Shown one piece after another: positions 49,808-58,852 of a stretch of 64,000 nucleotides of DNA (position 1 is its first letter; each line of letters opens with the position of its first letter). The DNA comes from an uncultured Mycoplasmatota bacterium (GTDB lineage: Bacteria > Bacillota_I > Bacilli_A > RF39 > UBA660): NCBI GenBank assembly GCA_946403755.1, contig CAMJBC010000001.1:80735-144734 (forward strand), in the 5' to 3' direction. The position numbers and the translations under genes are program-made. The notes below the pieces were generated by a model that had not been told where the DNA came from, searched no databases, and saw nothing but the letters and a program-made list of their open reading frames with translations.

Positions 49808-49846
49808 TACAATATAATTGTATAGCATTTTACACATTATTGTCAA
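49808..49846 (-). promoter_or_regulatory. Promoter of the HTH gene with an overlapping inverted-repeat operator
   Basis: On the minus strand: TTGACA (plus-strand 49841-49846), 16-nt spacer, TGcTATACA. The inverted repeat TACAAT-nnn-ATTGTA (49808-49822) overlaps the -10/+1 region. Confidence 0.5.
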
Positions 49847-49892
49847 CAATATTTAATTCTTTTTTGATAAAAAAGAGAAGTTTTTTCTTCCC

Positions 49893-51371
49893 TTAATTAT
49901 TATTATTTTCTAATTGTAATTTTTGTTGTGATTCTTTCTTTTCTCTAGGTCCAGGAGCAACATATTTTAAATCTTCTGATAAATACATAGGTATCATTTT
50001 ATGTTCAACTTTTGGTGCCCTTTTAGCGTATAAATTAGATATACAAGTGAAACTATCAAAACCTAGTTTCCAATAAACAGGTTCTACTCTTCTAATACTT
50101 TTTTTAGATATAGCCATTTTATATCCATTATAGTCATATTCATCAAAAGTGTATAATTCATGATTGTAGTCATCAACTACATTTCTATAAGTATTATCTG
50201 TTTTGACAGCAATACCCTCTTCTATTAATTTGTTAAATGCCCATTTCTCTATATTAGATGCAGGAGATAATGGAGCTTCACCAAATGCCACTACATTAGT
50301 ACCTAATTCTCTTATTCGAGAAAATACTTTTGATCCATCATTACCGAAATAATTAAATATATATCTAACATTACCTACTAAACCACGATATTCTTCATAA
50401 TGTTCTGAATAATCATATCGCCCTGATAACTCACTAAAATCTAAAGTGTTTGCAGGATAATCTTTAGCTACAAATAAGCCATTAAACAATTCATTATAAT
50501 TTATGCCACTATTTGTTTTATTAGCATTAATATATTCATTGCTTTCAACACTTAATCTACTTCTAAGTTTACTATTAGCTAAAAAATCAATAACTGTTTG
50601 TGATAAAGATCCACTAATTATCTTCATATTAATAAAGTCTATTGAATTAATATCTTTACTATTTAAGCAACATTCAATAGCATAACATTTTATATAATCT
50701 GGACAACTATCATTAATTAATACATAAGGTACATAATAAGAAATTTCGGCTGATGATTCGAATACTTTTAAACTACATTTAGGATTTTTTAATAATAATT
50801 TTGCATATGTACTGTTAACATTTTGAAGACGTTCAGATGCTCTTTCATTACAATTTAAATTCAATGCAATTCCAATTCTTCCTAAAGTACTCTCATCTTC
50901 ATTAATACTATTAATTGTTTTGTCAGAACAGTTAGGATTTAGTGCTATGGCAAAATGAGAATCACCATCAAAATCTAAGTTATATAATTCATCCAACATA
51001 TCTGCAGTACAATTACTATTAGCAGCAATAGCACATCTGATATATTTATCATCACTATCTAAATACTCTCTTAATTCATCTGAAGAACACATTGAACTTT
51101 CCAAATATTTTAATATATTAATAAAAGTTTTTGATTTATTATTAATATCTTCAGAATATAAATATGGATATTTATCATGAATTAATTTGCATATTCTTTT
51201 ACATAATTTTTCAAAGCTAATATCAATATTTTCGTCTAATATTTTACTTATTTCTTCAATTAATTCATCTTCTCTTGCCCATTTAGTGTTTAATGATTCC
51301 ATGTTTTCATCATCTTCAGATTCTACATCCTCTATTTCAAAATCAATATCTTTTTTAAAATTTTCACTCAT
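49893..51371 (-). CDS. Hypothetical 492-aa cytoplasmic protein with LRV-like (A/L).N(P/S)NC repeats and an unknown C-terminal domain
   Basis: Acidic N-terminus. Repeats IAANSNCTADML, IALNPNCSDKTI, IALNLNCNERAS and LLKNPKCSLKVF resemble leucine-rich variant/HEAT-like repeats. The C-terminal 200 aa are unrecognised. Confidence 0.5.
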   Translation of the reverse strand: MSENFKKDIDFEIEDVESEDDENMESLNTKWAREDELIEEISKILDENIDISFEKLCKRICKLIHDKYPYLYSEDINNKSKTFINILKYLESSMCSSDELREYLDSDDKYIRCAIAANSNCTADMLDELYNLDFDGDSHFAIALNPNCSDKTINSINEDESTLGRIGIALNLNCNERASERLQNVNSTYAKLLLKNPKCSLKVFESSAEISYYVPYVLINDSCPDYIKCYAIECCLNSKDINSIDFINMKIISGSLSQTVIDFLANSKLRSRLSVESNEYINANKTNSGINYNELFNGLFVAKDYPANTLDFSELSGRYDYSEHYEEYRGLVGNVRYIFNYFGNDGSKVFSRIRELGTNVVAFGEAPLSPASNIEKWAFNKLIEEGIAVKTDNTYRNVVDDYNHELYTFDEYDYNGYKMAISKKSIRRVEPVYWKLGFDSFTCISNLYAKRAPKVEHKMIPMYLSEDLKYVAPGPREKKESQQKLQLENNNN

Positions 51372-51439
51372 AAAAAGCCCCCTAATAAAAGTGTTTTTTA
51401 TTATAACAAATGCCTATTAATAAATCAATTAAAAAGAGA

Positions 51440-52534
51440 TTATTTTAAATACCAAATCTCTTTTCCTTCTTTAAACACTTGTTTAATAATTCCACCACCT
51501 ATTACTTGTTCACCAAGATAAATAACACAAGCTTGTCCTGGAGTTACTGATTTTCCATTTTCATATTTTACTCTTATATTTTTATTATCTATATATTCAA
51601 TTGATACTGGAACATCCTCACTTCTATATCTAAACTTTGCAGTAGCAAAAGTTGGATGTTTACTTGAGATAAAATTCATATCTTCAATTAATGCTTCATC
51701 AGAAAGTAAGTATTTTGAATCATCTCCATAAGCAACATATAAAGTATTAGTTTTAGAGTCTTTACCACATACATAATGTCTTTTTTCATCACCAGAAAGA
51801 CCTACATTACGTCTTTGACCAATGGTATAGTTCATTAAACCATTATGCTCCCCTACTTTCTTTCCAGTTTCTACATCAATTATATCTCCTTTTTTACCTT
51901 TTAAATAATTAGATACAAATTCTTGATAATGTCTTTCTCCAATAAAGCATATTCCAGTAGAATCTTTCTTTTTAGCTACAGGTATTCCTGCTTCCTCTGC
52001 TATTTTTCTAACTTCTGGTTTAGTTAAATGACCTATTGGAAATAATACATCTTTTAATTGTTCTGTTGTAACTTGAGATAAAAAGTAAGTTTGATCTTTA
52101 TTTTGATCTACTGCTCTTAATAATCTATTTCCTTCTATTCTAGCATAATGACCAGTTGCTATCTTATCAGCACCTAATTTAAAGGCCTCTTTTTTGAATT
52201 TATCAAACTTTATATATTTATTACACATAATATCAGGATTTGGTGTTCTACCCTTCTCTAATTCAGTTAAGAAGTACTTAAATACATCATCCCAATATTC
52301 TTTTATAAAATCTACTCTATATAATGCAATTCCAAGTTCATCGCAAACTGCTTTAGCATCAGCATAGTCTTGTTCTTGAGGACATATTCCATCAGTAACA
52401 CCTTCAGGATCATTATTAATATTAGAATCCCAGTTTTTCATAAATAGTCCTGCTACTTCATATCCTTCTTTCTTTAAAAGATATGCTGCTACTGCAGAAT
52501 CTACTCCACCACTCATGCCAACTATTACTTTCAT
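51440..52534 (-). CDS. mnmA: tRNA-specific 2-thiouridylase
   Basis: VGMSGGVDSAV PP-loop, NPDIMCN, DSTGICFIG and the C-terminal beta-barrel region. Confidence 0.95.
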   Translation of the reverse strand: MKVIVGMSGGVDSAVAAYLLKKEGYEVAGLFMKNWDSNINNDPEGVTDGICPQEQDYADAKAVCDELGIALYRVDFIKEYWDDVFKYFLTELEKGRTPNPDIMCNKYIKFDKFKKEAFKLGADKIATGHYARIEGNRLLRAVDQNKDQTYFLSQVTTEQLKDVLFPIGHLTKPEVRKIAEEAGIPVAKKKDSTGICFIGERHYQEFVSNYLKGKKGDIIDVETGKKVGEHNGLMNYTIGQRRNVGLSGDEKRHYVCGKDSKTNTLYVAYGDDSKYLLSDEALIEDMNFISSKHPTFATAKFRYRSEDVPVSIEYIDNKNIRVKYENGKSVTPGQACVIYLGEQVIGGGIIKQVFKEGKEIWYLK

Positions 52535-52636
52535 AATATCACCTTTTCTTCAGTCAACCATATTATACTACATTTTTTTAATTAATTCTTTATTTTTATT
52601 ATTATTTATATTATAATTCTTTTAGAGGTTAAAGAA

Positions 52637-52750
52637 ATGGCAAAAAAGACAAAAGGAAGAGATATTTTTAAAAAAGTAATTGCTTGGATTTTTTTACTAG
52701 CAATGATATTAAGTATATTTGCTTATGCATTCTCAGTATTTGCAAAATAA
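52637..52750 (+). CDS. Possible 37-aa membrane peptide (not in the ORF track)
   Basis: AGAGG RBS 8 nt upstream. MAKKTKGRDIFKKVIAWIFLLAMILSIFAYAFSVFAK has a basic N-terminus and one TM. A terminator follows directly. Confidence 0.35.
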   Translation: MAKKTKGRDIFKKVIAWIFLLAMILSIFAYAFSVFAK

Positions 52751-52777
52751 AAGAACTATTTAATAGTTCTTTTTTTA
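52748..52777. terminator. Bidirectional terminator
   Basis: AAGAACTA-tttaa-TAGTTCTT stem with flanking A/T runs. Overlaps the stop of the minus-strand 733-aa gene. Confidence 0.7.
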
Positions 52778-54961
52778 TTCATAAGCAGTATATCTTCTAG
52801 TTACTTCAAAACCACAGTGACCATTTCCTCTAGTACCATGTTTTATTATAATACCATTTTTAACAGCACTCATTTCTATCCATACTTCTTTACCAGCAGA
52901 ATCTCTTCCAAGAAACATGCCAATATGATTAGCTCCACCATCTTTAGTTGTTCTACTATATAATCCAACATCACCAGGTTTTAAATCACTTCTTTTAACA
53001 TTAGTGTATGCATTAATTTTATCATCAAGAAATGAACCTGTATAAATATTTTTTCTTGCATTAATAGTTTGCCCTGCTTTTAATAAACATCTAGAAACAA
53101 AACCAGAACAGTCTAAATATTTTGGAATTTCATGTTTTAAATTCATATCCCTAGCTGGCATACTATAACAAATTCCTTTATTCATTAAAGTTAGCGCTAC
53201 TTCAACAGCTTTATATCTTTCCTTTTCCATGCTTTCTGGCCAACTCTTCATAACTTCTTTTAATTCTTTAATTGCTTTAGCACTCATATTAGAAGTATCC
53301 ATATTATAATCAGATATTGTTATAAAAGTAGCTTTATTAGAATTCTCTTTAGAACTATCAGTTTGAGTTGATGATGTTTTTTCTGGTTCAAATGGTTTAA
53401 TATAATTCTTTAATAAATCGTAACAACCACTAGCAGAAGTAATTCCATAGGCTGATAAATCTAAATAGAAATTTGATTTAAACTCAGCATTTCCATTAGT
53501 ATTATTTACTGGACTAGCAAACGCTTCTTTTACTTGTGATGTAGCATCATTAATCATCTTTTGTGCATTATTTACAACAATAGCAAAATTATTAATTTTT
53601 TCTATCTGTTTTTTTAATTCATCAGATTTTTCTTGATATCCATCAATAGTATTTTGAATAGCTTGTATTTCCTCATTAGAAGGCTCTAAACGGCAGTTAG
53701 TTTTTTGATTATATTCAATACCAAGTGAATTCTTAGTAAGTACATAATCACATACCTCTTTTTGAGAACTTCTCATACTACTAACTTTAGTAGTTAGTTC
53801 AGTTATTTGATTTTTTAAACTTTCATATTCTTTTTCTAGTTCTGGTAAATTACTATCATCTAATTCAGTATCTGGATATAGAAAATCTTCTACCATTTTT
53901 TTAGCAGAACTTAATACATCAGATATAAAACTAGATGAATTAATACTAGCATTTAATAAACTTTTATATGTCTCTAAATTTTCTTTTACATTTTTCCAAC
54001 TATTTCCTCTTAGTTTACCAGAATTATTTATTTCACTCATAAAATCAGTAATAGAGCCCATCATTTCATTACATTTATTTGCGTCATCTTTCAATGATGG
54101 AATTATACTGTTTAATGATAAACCTAATTTACTTACATCTATTTTTCCTATTTTACCTGGTTCTAGACTTGTACCTAAAAATGATGTTATTTCATCAAAT
54201 TTTCCTGCTAAAGCAGTAGATTTTGTTTCTTCGATTAATTCTTTTGTTGTAGCATTTACTTGATCAGCAGTTAATCCTTTAATAGTAGATTCTTTTGATT
54301 TAGATCCACCGCCACCTATATTTGAATGAGCTGCATTTGAAGCAGCCGCATCAATAGCAGAATATACACTTGCTATAGTAGAAATTGCTCCTGCTTCTTC
54401 TACTATACCATTATATAATGTATTATTTATATTTTTATAATAATTTACAACATCGCACATAGCACCAACTAATCCTGCTTCACCAGCAGTTACAGTATAT
54501 GATATCTTACCTGAATCATCAATATAACCTACTAAAGAATTCATAGAGTCATTAACGTAGCCTAAATCAGATGCCACTAAACCATCACTTAATTTATTTT
54601 TACTAATAAATATAGAATTATTAAATTTATCATCTTGAATTAAATTCATTACTTCTTCAGATGTTAATGAAACTAATTTACCTTCTTCATCGAAAGTATA
54701 ATAGTGTAAACTATCTATAGTTATAATTGGATTACCATTTTCATCATATACTGAATAGTTGTTTGTTCCATCTATTAAAGAAATAATTCTACCATTTGAA
54801 TCTAAAACAAATTTATTTAAATTATCCTCAATTACTTCATTATCATTATTTTTATCATCAGTAGTATGATAACTAATTATAACTTGATTATTATTATCAT
54901 TTTCATAACTTGCTTTTAATACATCTTCATAACTAACTAATTTATATTTTAATTCAGCCAT
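52775..54961 (-). CDS. Large multidomain protein: YD-like repeats, internal LXG-like helical region, C-terminal NlpC/P60 cysteine peptidase
   Basis: AGGTG RBS before the ATG at 54961. YSVYDENGNPI and YYTFDEEGKLVSL are YD-type motifs. GKLRGNSWKNVKENLETYKSLL, followed by coiled-coil sequence, resembles an LXG domain. C-terminal LDCSGFVSRCL...GDVGLY...ANHIGMFLG is an NlpC/P60 Cys-His core. Confidence 0.7.
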   Translation of the reverse strand: MAELKYKLVSYEDVLKASYENDNNNQVIISYHTTDDKNNDNEVIEDNLNKFVLDSNGRIISLIDGTNNYSVYDENGNPIITIDSLHYYTFDEEGKLVSLTSEEVMNLIQDDKFNNSIFISKNKLSDGLVASDLGYVNDSMNSLVGYIDDSGKISYTVTAGEAGLVGAMCDVVNYYKNINNTLYNGIVEEAGAISTIASVYSAIDAAASNAAHSNIGGGGSKSKESTIKGLTADQVNATTKELIEETKSTALAGKFDEITSFLGTSLEPGKIGKIDVSKLGLSLNSIIPSLKDDANKCNEMMGSITDFMSEINNSGKLRGNSWKNVKENLETYKSLLNASINSSSFISDVLSSAKKMVEDFLYPDTELDDSNLPELEKEYESLKNQITELTTKVSSMRSSQKEVCDYVLTKNSLGIEYNQKTNCRLEPSNEEIQAIQNTIDGYQEKSDELKKQIEKINNFAIVVNNAQKMINDATSQVKEAFASPVNNTNGNAEFKSNFYLDLSAYGITSASGCYDLLKNYIKPFEPEKTSSTQTDSSKENSNKATFITISDYNMDTSNMSAKAIKELKEVMKSWPESMEKERYKAVEVALTLMNKGICYSMPARDMNLKHEIPKYLDCSGFVSRCLLKAGQTINARKNIYTGSFLDDKINAYTNVKRSDLKPGDVGLYSRTTKDGGANHIGMFLGRDSAGKEVWIEMSAVKNGIIIKHGTRGNGHCGFEVTRRYTAYE

Positions 54962-55004
54962 ATTTACACCTATCATATGTTAACATTATACTATATTTTA
55001 AGTA

Positions 55005-55034
55005 ATAAAAAAAAGAGTATTTAACTCTTTTTTT
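55005..55034 (-). terminator. Hairpin plus U-run between the two NlpC/P60 genes
   Basis: AAAGAGT-atttaa-ACTCTTT stem. On the minus strand it is followed by U8-10. A TATAAT for the downstream gene lies at about 54990. Confidence 0.55.
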
Positions 55035-56193
55035 ACTTATTATATTCATAGTTTTCATCATAGTCAGTATATCTATAATATACGCCCCAGTTTTTATTTC
55101 TATGAGTAACTATTACTCCTCCACCACTAACTTCAATCCATACTTGTCTTCCTTCATCATCTTTTCCTATATACATACCTATGTGGTTAGAGTTTCCACC
55201 TGAAGTTGATGCGTTAGCTAAAGCAACATCGCCAGGTATTAAATCTTTGCTGCTTATAGATTTAAACTTCTTACTAGTTACATATGTTCCTGTATAAGCA
55301 CCTTTATTAATATCAATTCCTGCGGCTACTAAACAATAAGTAACAAATGAAGAACAATCCATTTGAGTTGGCCATCCATTTTTCATACCATGTCTATTAG
55401 GTTGACTATATGTAATTCCTTTATCCATTAATGATAATGCTGTTTGAATAGCTATATATCTTTGGGCATCAAATCCTTCAGAAGGCCAATTTCTTTCTAG
55501 TTCTTCAAGTAATTGTTTAGCTCTAGAACTAAAATGAGTAGTATCTACATTTGGTCTAAATATACCAAGTTTTGGATTGTAATTATATAATGATCTACTA
55601 TTCTTTCTAAATGCTTCCATTCCAGATTGAGTAAATGTTCCATCATCAATTCCAATTGCACATCTAGATATATTTTCTATATCAGTTATAGCTTTTTCAA
55701 ATGCTCCATATAATGAAGAATCTGTTGATTTTAATTTTTCTAATAATTCTTTATAATGATATAACTCTTTATAAATACCATCCCAATAACTAATTAAAGA
55801 TGCATAGTTATTACCACTATCAACTTTAGATGATTGTTCTCTTAGATATCTTAAATATCCTTCTATTTGTTTTAATCTTATTTTATATTCATCTAATTTA
55901 GAATCATCTAATGAAGAGTATCCTTCCATGTAATTTAACATAGAATTATTAGCATTTTTAGCAATGCTCATATAATTTTCACATATAACATGTAAAGTTT
56001 TAAATACTTCTACATATAATGATAATTTCTTTCTAACAGAATTATATCCTCCACCTTTTAATTGATCAGTAGATTCATAAATAAATGCATTTAAAACACT
56101 AATAGTAGCTTGAGATGAATTCATAACTGCATTAAGTGCATCCATATTATTAGAATTAGCACTTGCAACATCAGAGGCAATTACTTTTGTCAT
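55033..56193 (-). CDS. LXG-like N-terminal domain fused to a C-terminal NlpC/P60 peptidase
   Basis: No signal peptide. N-terminus ...ISVLNAFIYESTDQLKGGGYNSVRKKLSLYVEVFKTL... carries an L.G motif in a helical context of about 200 aa. C-terminus MDCSSFVTYCL...GDVALA...SNHIGMYIG is paralogous to the C-terminus of ORF 52775-54961. Confidence 0.7.
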   Translation of the reverse strand: MTKVIASDVASANSNNMDALNAVMNSSQATISVLNAFIYESTDQLKGGGYNSVRKKLSLYVEVFKTLHVICENYMSIAKNANNSMLNYMEGYSSLDDSKLDEYKIRLKQIEGYLRYLREQSSKVDSGNNYASLISYWDGIYKELYHYKELLEKLKSTDSSLYGAFEKAITDIENISRCAIGIDDGTFTQSGMEAFRKNSRSLYNYNPKLGIFRPNVDTTHFSSRAKQLLEELERNWPSEGFDAQRYIAIQTALSLMDKGITYSQPNRHGMKNGWPTQMDCSSFVTYCLVAAGIDINKGAYTGTYVTSKKFKSISSKDLIPGDVALANASTSGGNSNHIGMYIGKDDEGRQVWIEVSGGGVIVTHRNKNWGVYYRYTDYDENYEYNK

Positions 56194-57290
56194 TGTTGAT
56201 CACCTCCATCATCTTCATAACCATAGTCTTCATATTCTTTATCTTCTTGAGACTTTTTATACATAGTATAACCAGCTGCTCCAGCTCCAGCAGCAAGACC
56301 AAGTCCAGCTATAACTCCAGCAGCAACTTTACCGGAATTAGATTTCTTTGGTACTTGTGCATCATCAATCGGAGTATCAATATCTATTATTTGATCTTCT
56401 ATATCAATAATAGGTTCTTCATATTCTGGTTCTTCAATAATAGGTTCCTCAATTATTGGTTCTTCAATTACTGGTTCTTCATCTATAATTGGTTCATCTA
56501 TAATAGTTGGCATTTCCATTGGCTCAGTATTTGTAATAACACCTTGTTCATATTTTTCAACACTAGGTGTACTAGTATGAGTCTTTGTAGGTTTATCAGG
56601 TTTTGGTTTTGATGGTGCACTAGTTGGTGCTTCTGTTACCATTTCAGTTATTACTTCTGTAATAGCTTCAGTTACCGGTTCAGTTGTTGGATATACAGTT
56701 TCAGTAGTTGGTTCTCCTGGCCCAGTTTCTGGCTCTGTAACTTGAACCTCTCCTCCTGGTGGATTTGTAGGTGGTGTTGTTGTTGGTGTTGTTGGTGTTG
56801 GAGTACTTTCTTCTCCACCTGTAGTAGTTGGCCTTGTATAACCTCCATAACTTCTATCATCATCATCGTCATCATCTGACTTTTTATTTTTTCCATCTAA
56901 TCCATCATTATAGCCTTCAACAATAGGTACTTCTTTTTCAAGTAAAGTATCTAATGATGTAGTTGCAAATTCACTTAAACCAACAACTGATGATTTATAT
57001 GATTGAACTTGAAAACCTAAATCTATACTTTGACCTGCTAAAAAGTCATCCATAGTTTGGAATCCTTCTCCAACAGTTCTTATATTAGATACGTCATTAT
57101 TTAATTTAGTAAATATCTCGTTAGCTGCTTTTAATAATTGTTCTATTAATGGTGGTTCAGCAGCAGGTACTTTAGTTGTACTACTATATTTATTTGCTGA
57201 AGCAGTTGCATCAAGTCCAGCTTTACTAGCAGTTTGAATAGAATCTAAGCCACTATTAAGATATTCTTTATTGCTTAAGACTTCTCCCAT
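56190..57290 (-). CDS. Tail-anchored protein: helical N-domain of about 135 aa, Asp7 run, Pro/Thr-rich and EPII(E/D) repeats, C-terminal TM, acidic tail
   Basis: No N-terminal signal peptide. The single TM VAAGVIAGLGLAAGAGAAGYTMY lies near the C-terminus. Low-complexity DDDDDDD, TPTPTTPTTTPPTNPP and EPIIEEPIIEEPIIEEPEYEEPII segments. Its stop overlaps the start of the next gene (ATGA). Confidence 0.65.
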   Translation of the reverse strand: MGEVLSNKEYLNSGLDSIQTASKAGLDATASANKYSSTTKVPAAEPPLIEQLLKAANEIFTKLNNDVSNIRTVGEGFQTMDDFLAGQSIDLGFQVQSYKSSVVGLSEFATTSLDTLLEKEVPIVEGYNDGLDGKNKKSDDDDDDDRSYGGYTRPTTTGGEESTPTPTTPTTTPPTNPPGGEVQVTEPETGPGEPTTETVYPTTEPVTEAITEVITEMVTEAPTSAPSKPKPDKPTKTHTSTPSVEKYEQGVITNTEPMEMPTIIDEPIIDEEPVIEEPIIEEPIIEEPEYEEPIIDIEDQIIDIDTPIDDAQVPKKSNSGKVAAGVIAGLGLAAGAGAAGYTMYKKSQEDKEYEDYGYEDDGGDQQ

Positions 57291-57343
57291 TTATATTCCT
57301 CCTATAATAAATAAATTATATCATAAAATATTATATTAATATA

Positions 57344-58852
57344 TTATTTTATCAAAACTTCCCCTGTCATTTCTTCTGGAATATCAATATTTAAAAGTTT
57401 TAACATTGTAGGTGCTATATCACCAAGTTTTCCTTCTTTTAGTTCTATATCCTTTTTAGTAATTATGAATGGAACAGGCTCTGTAGTATGGCTAGTTACA
57501 ACATTATGATTTTCATCCCACATAGTATCACAATTACCATGATCTGCTGTTACTATTAATATTCCATCTAACTCAGTAACTTTATCATATATTCTTTTTA
57601 AACATTTATCTAAAAATTCTACAGCTGTTTTAGCTGCTTCATAAACACCAGTGTGTCCTACCATATCACCATTAGCAAAATTTAATATTACAACATCATA
57701 CATATCTTTAGATAATTCATCTATAAGTGTATCAGTTACTTCTTCTGCACTCATTTCGGGTTTTAAATCATATGTTGCAACTTTAGGACTAGGTATTAAT
57801 ATTTTATTTTCATTTTTATAATTTATTTCTTGTCCTCCATCAAAGAAGAATGTTACATGGGCATATTTTTCAGTTTCTGCTATTCTTAATTGACTTAAAT
57901 TATTTTTTTCAAGTACATCTCCTAAAATATTTTTTAAATCAGGATCATTAAATGCATGAGGACATTTGACTGTATCAACTACAGGCATCATAGTAACACA
58001 TTTAACATTATTAAATGAGACTATATGCATATCTTTTTCTAATGCTAAGTTTTCATATTCATGAGGATTTGTAATACAAGTAAACATTTCTCTTAATCTA
58101 TCTTTTCTAAAATTAAATGCTATTACTCCATCATTATCAGATAATTTAGCTTCTGTAATAATACCAGGTATAACAAATTCATCAGTTATATCTTTTGCAT
58201 ATGATTCATCTATTAATTCTTTAGCACTATTAAATTTAGGAGCATCACCATATACAATAGCGTCATATGCAAGTTTTAATCTATCAAAGTTATTATCTCT
58301 ATCCATTGCATAATATCTTCCTGATATAGTAGCAATATGTCCATATTTAATATCTTCTATTTGTTTAATGTATTCATAAGCACTTTTTGGTGGTACATCT
58401 CTACCATCTAAGAAAAAATGCATATACAAATCAACATCATTCATTTTACACATCTCAATGATAGCTTTTAAATGATTAATATGAGAGTGTACTCCCCCAT
58501 CAGATAAAAGTCCCATAACATGTAATTTACTATTATTCATTTTTACATGATTAATTACATTTAATAATTCTTTATTTTCATAAAAACTATTTGTTTCTAT
58601 TTCATGATTTATAAATTCAAGTGGTTGATAAAATAATCTACCTGCTCCTATATTCATATGCCCTACTTCACTATTACCCATTTGTCCATCTGGAAGTCCT
58701 ACAAAGTTTCCTGATGCTTGTAATAATGTATGAGGATAATTATTCCATAAATAATCAAATGTAGGTTTATTTGCATTTTTAAATGCATTTCCATCTGATT
58801 CCTCTCTTATTCCACATCCATCTAAAATTGCTAAAATTAATGGCTTCTTCAT
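57344..58852 (-). CDS. gpmI: 2,3-bisphosphoglycerate-independent phosphoglycerate mutase
   Basis: LAILDGCG, NSEVGHMNIGAGR, DGGVHSH and TADHGN motifs. 502 aa. Confidence 0.95.
   Translation of the reverse strand: MKKPLILAILDGCGIREESDGNAFKNANKPTFDYLWNNYPHTLLQASGNFVGLPDGQMGNSEVGHMNIGAGRLFYQPLEFINHEIETNSFYENKELLNVINHVKMNNSKLHVMGLLSDGGVHSHINHLKAIIEMCKMNDVDLYMHFFLDGRDVPPKSAYEYIKQIEDIKYGHIATISGRYYAMDRDNNFDRLKLAYDAIVYGDAPKFNSAKELIDESYAKDITDEFVIPGIITEAKLSDNDGVIAFNFRKDRLREMFTCITNPHEYENLALEKDMHIVSFNNVKCVTMMPVVDTVKCPHAFNDPDLKNILGDVLEKNNLSQLRIAETEKYAHVTFFFDGGQEINYKNENKILIPSPKVATYDLKPEMSAEEVTDTLIDELSKDMYDVVILNFANGDMVGHTGVYEAAKTAVEFLDKCLKRIYDKVTELDGILIVTADHGNCDTMWDENHNVVTSHTTEPVPFIITKKDIELKEGKLGDIAPTMLKLLNIDIPEEMTGEVLIK

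Noticed and set aside
56163-56896. Plus-strand ORF 56163-56612 (149 aa) and minus-strand alternative-frame ORF 56672-56896.
   Set aside because: Both are by-products of the repetitive PT/EPIIE coding tract of gene 56190-57290. Their translations are pure low complexity and they lack RBSs.
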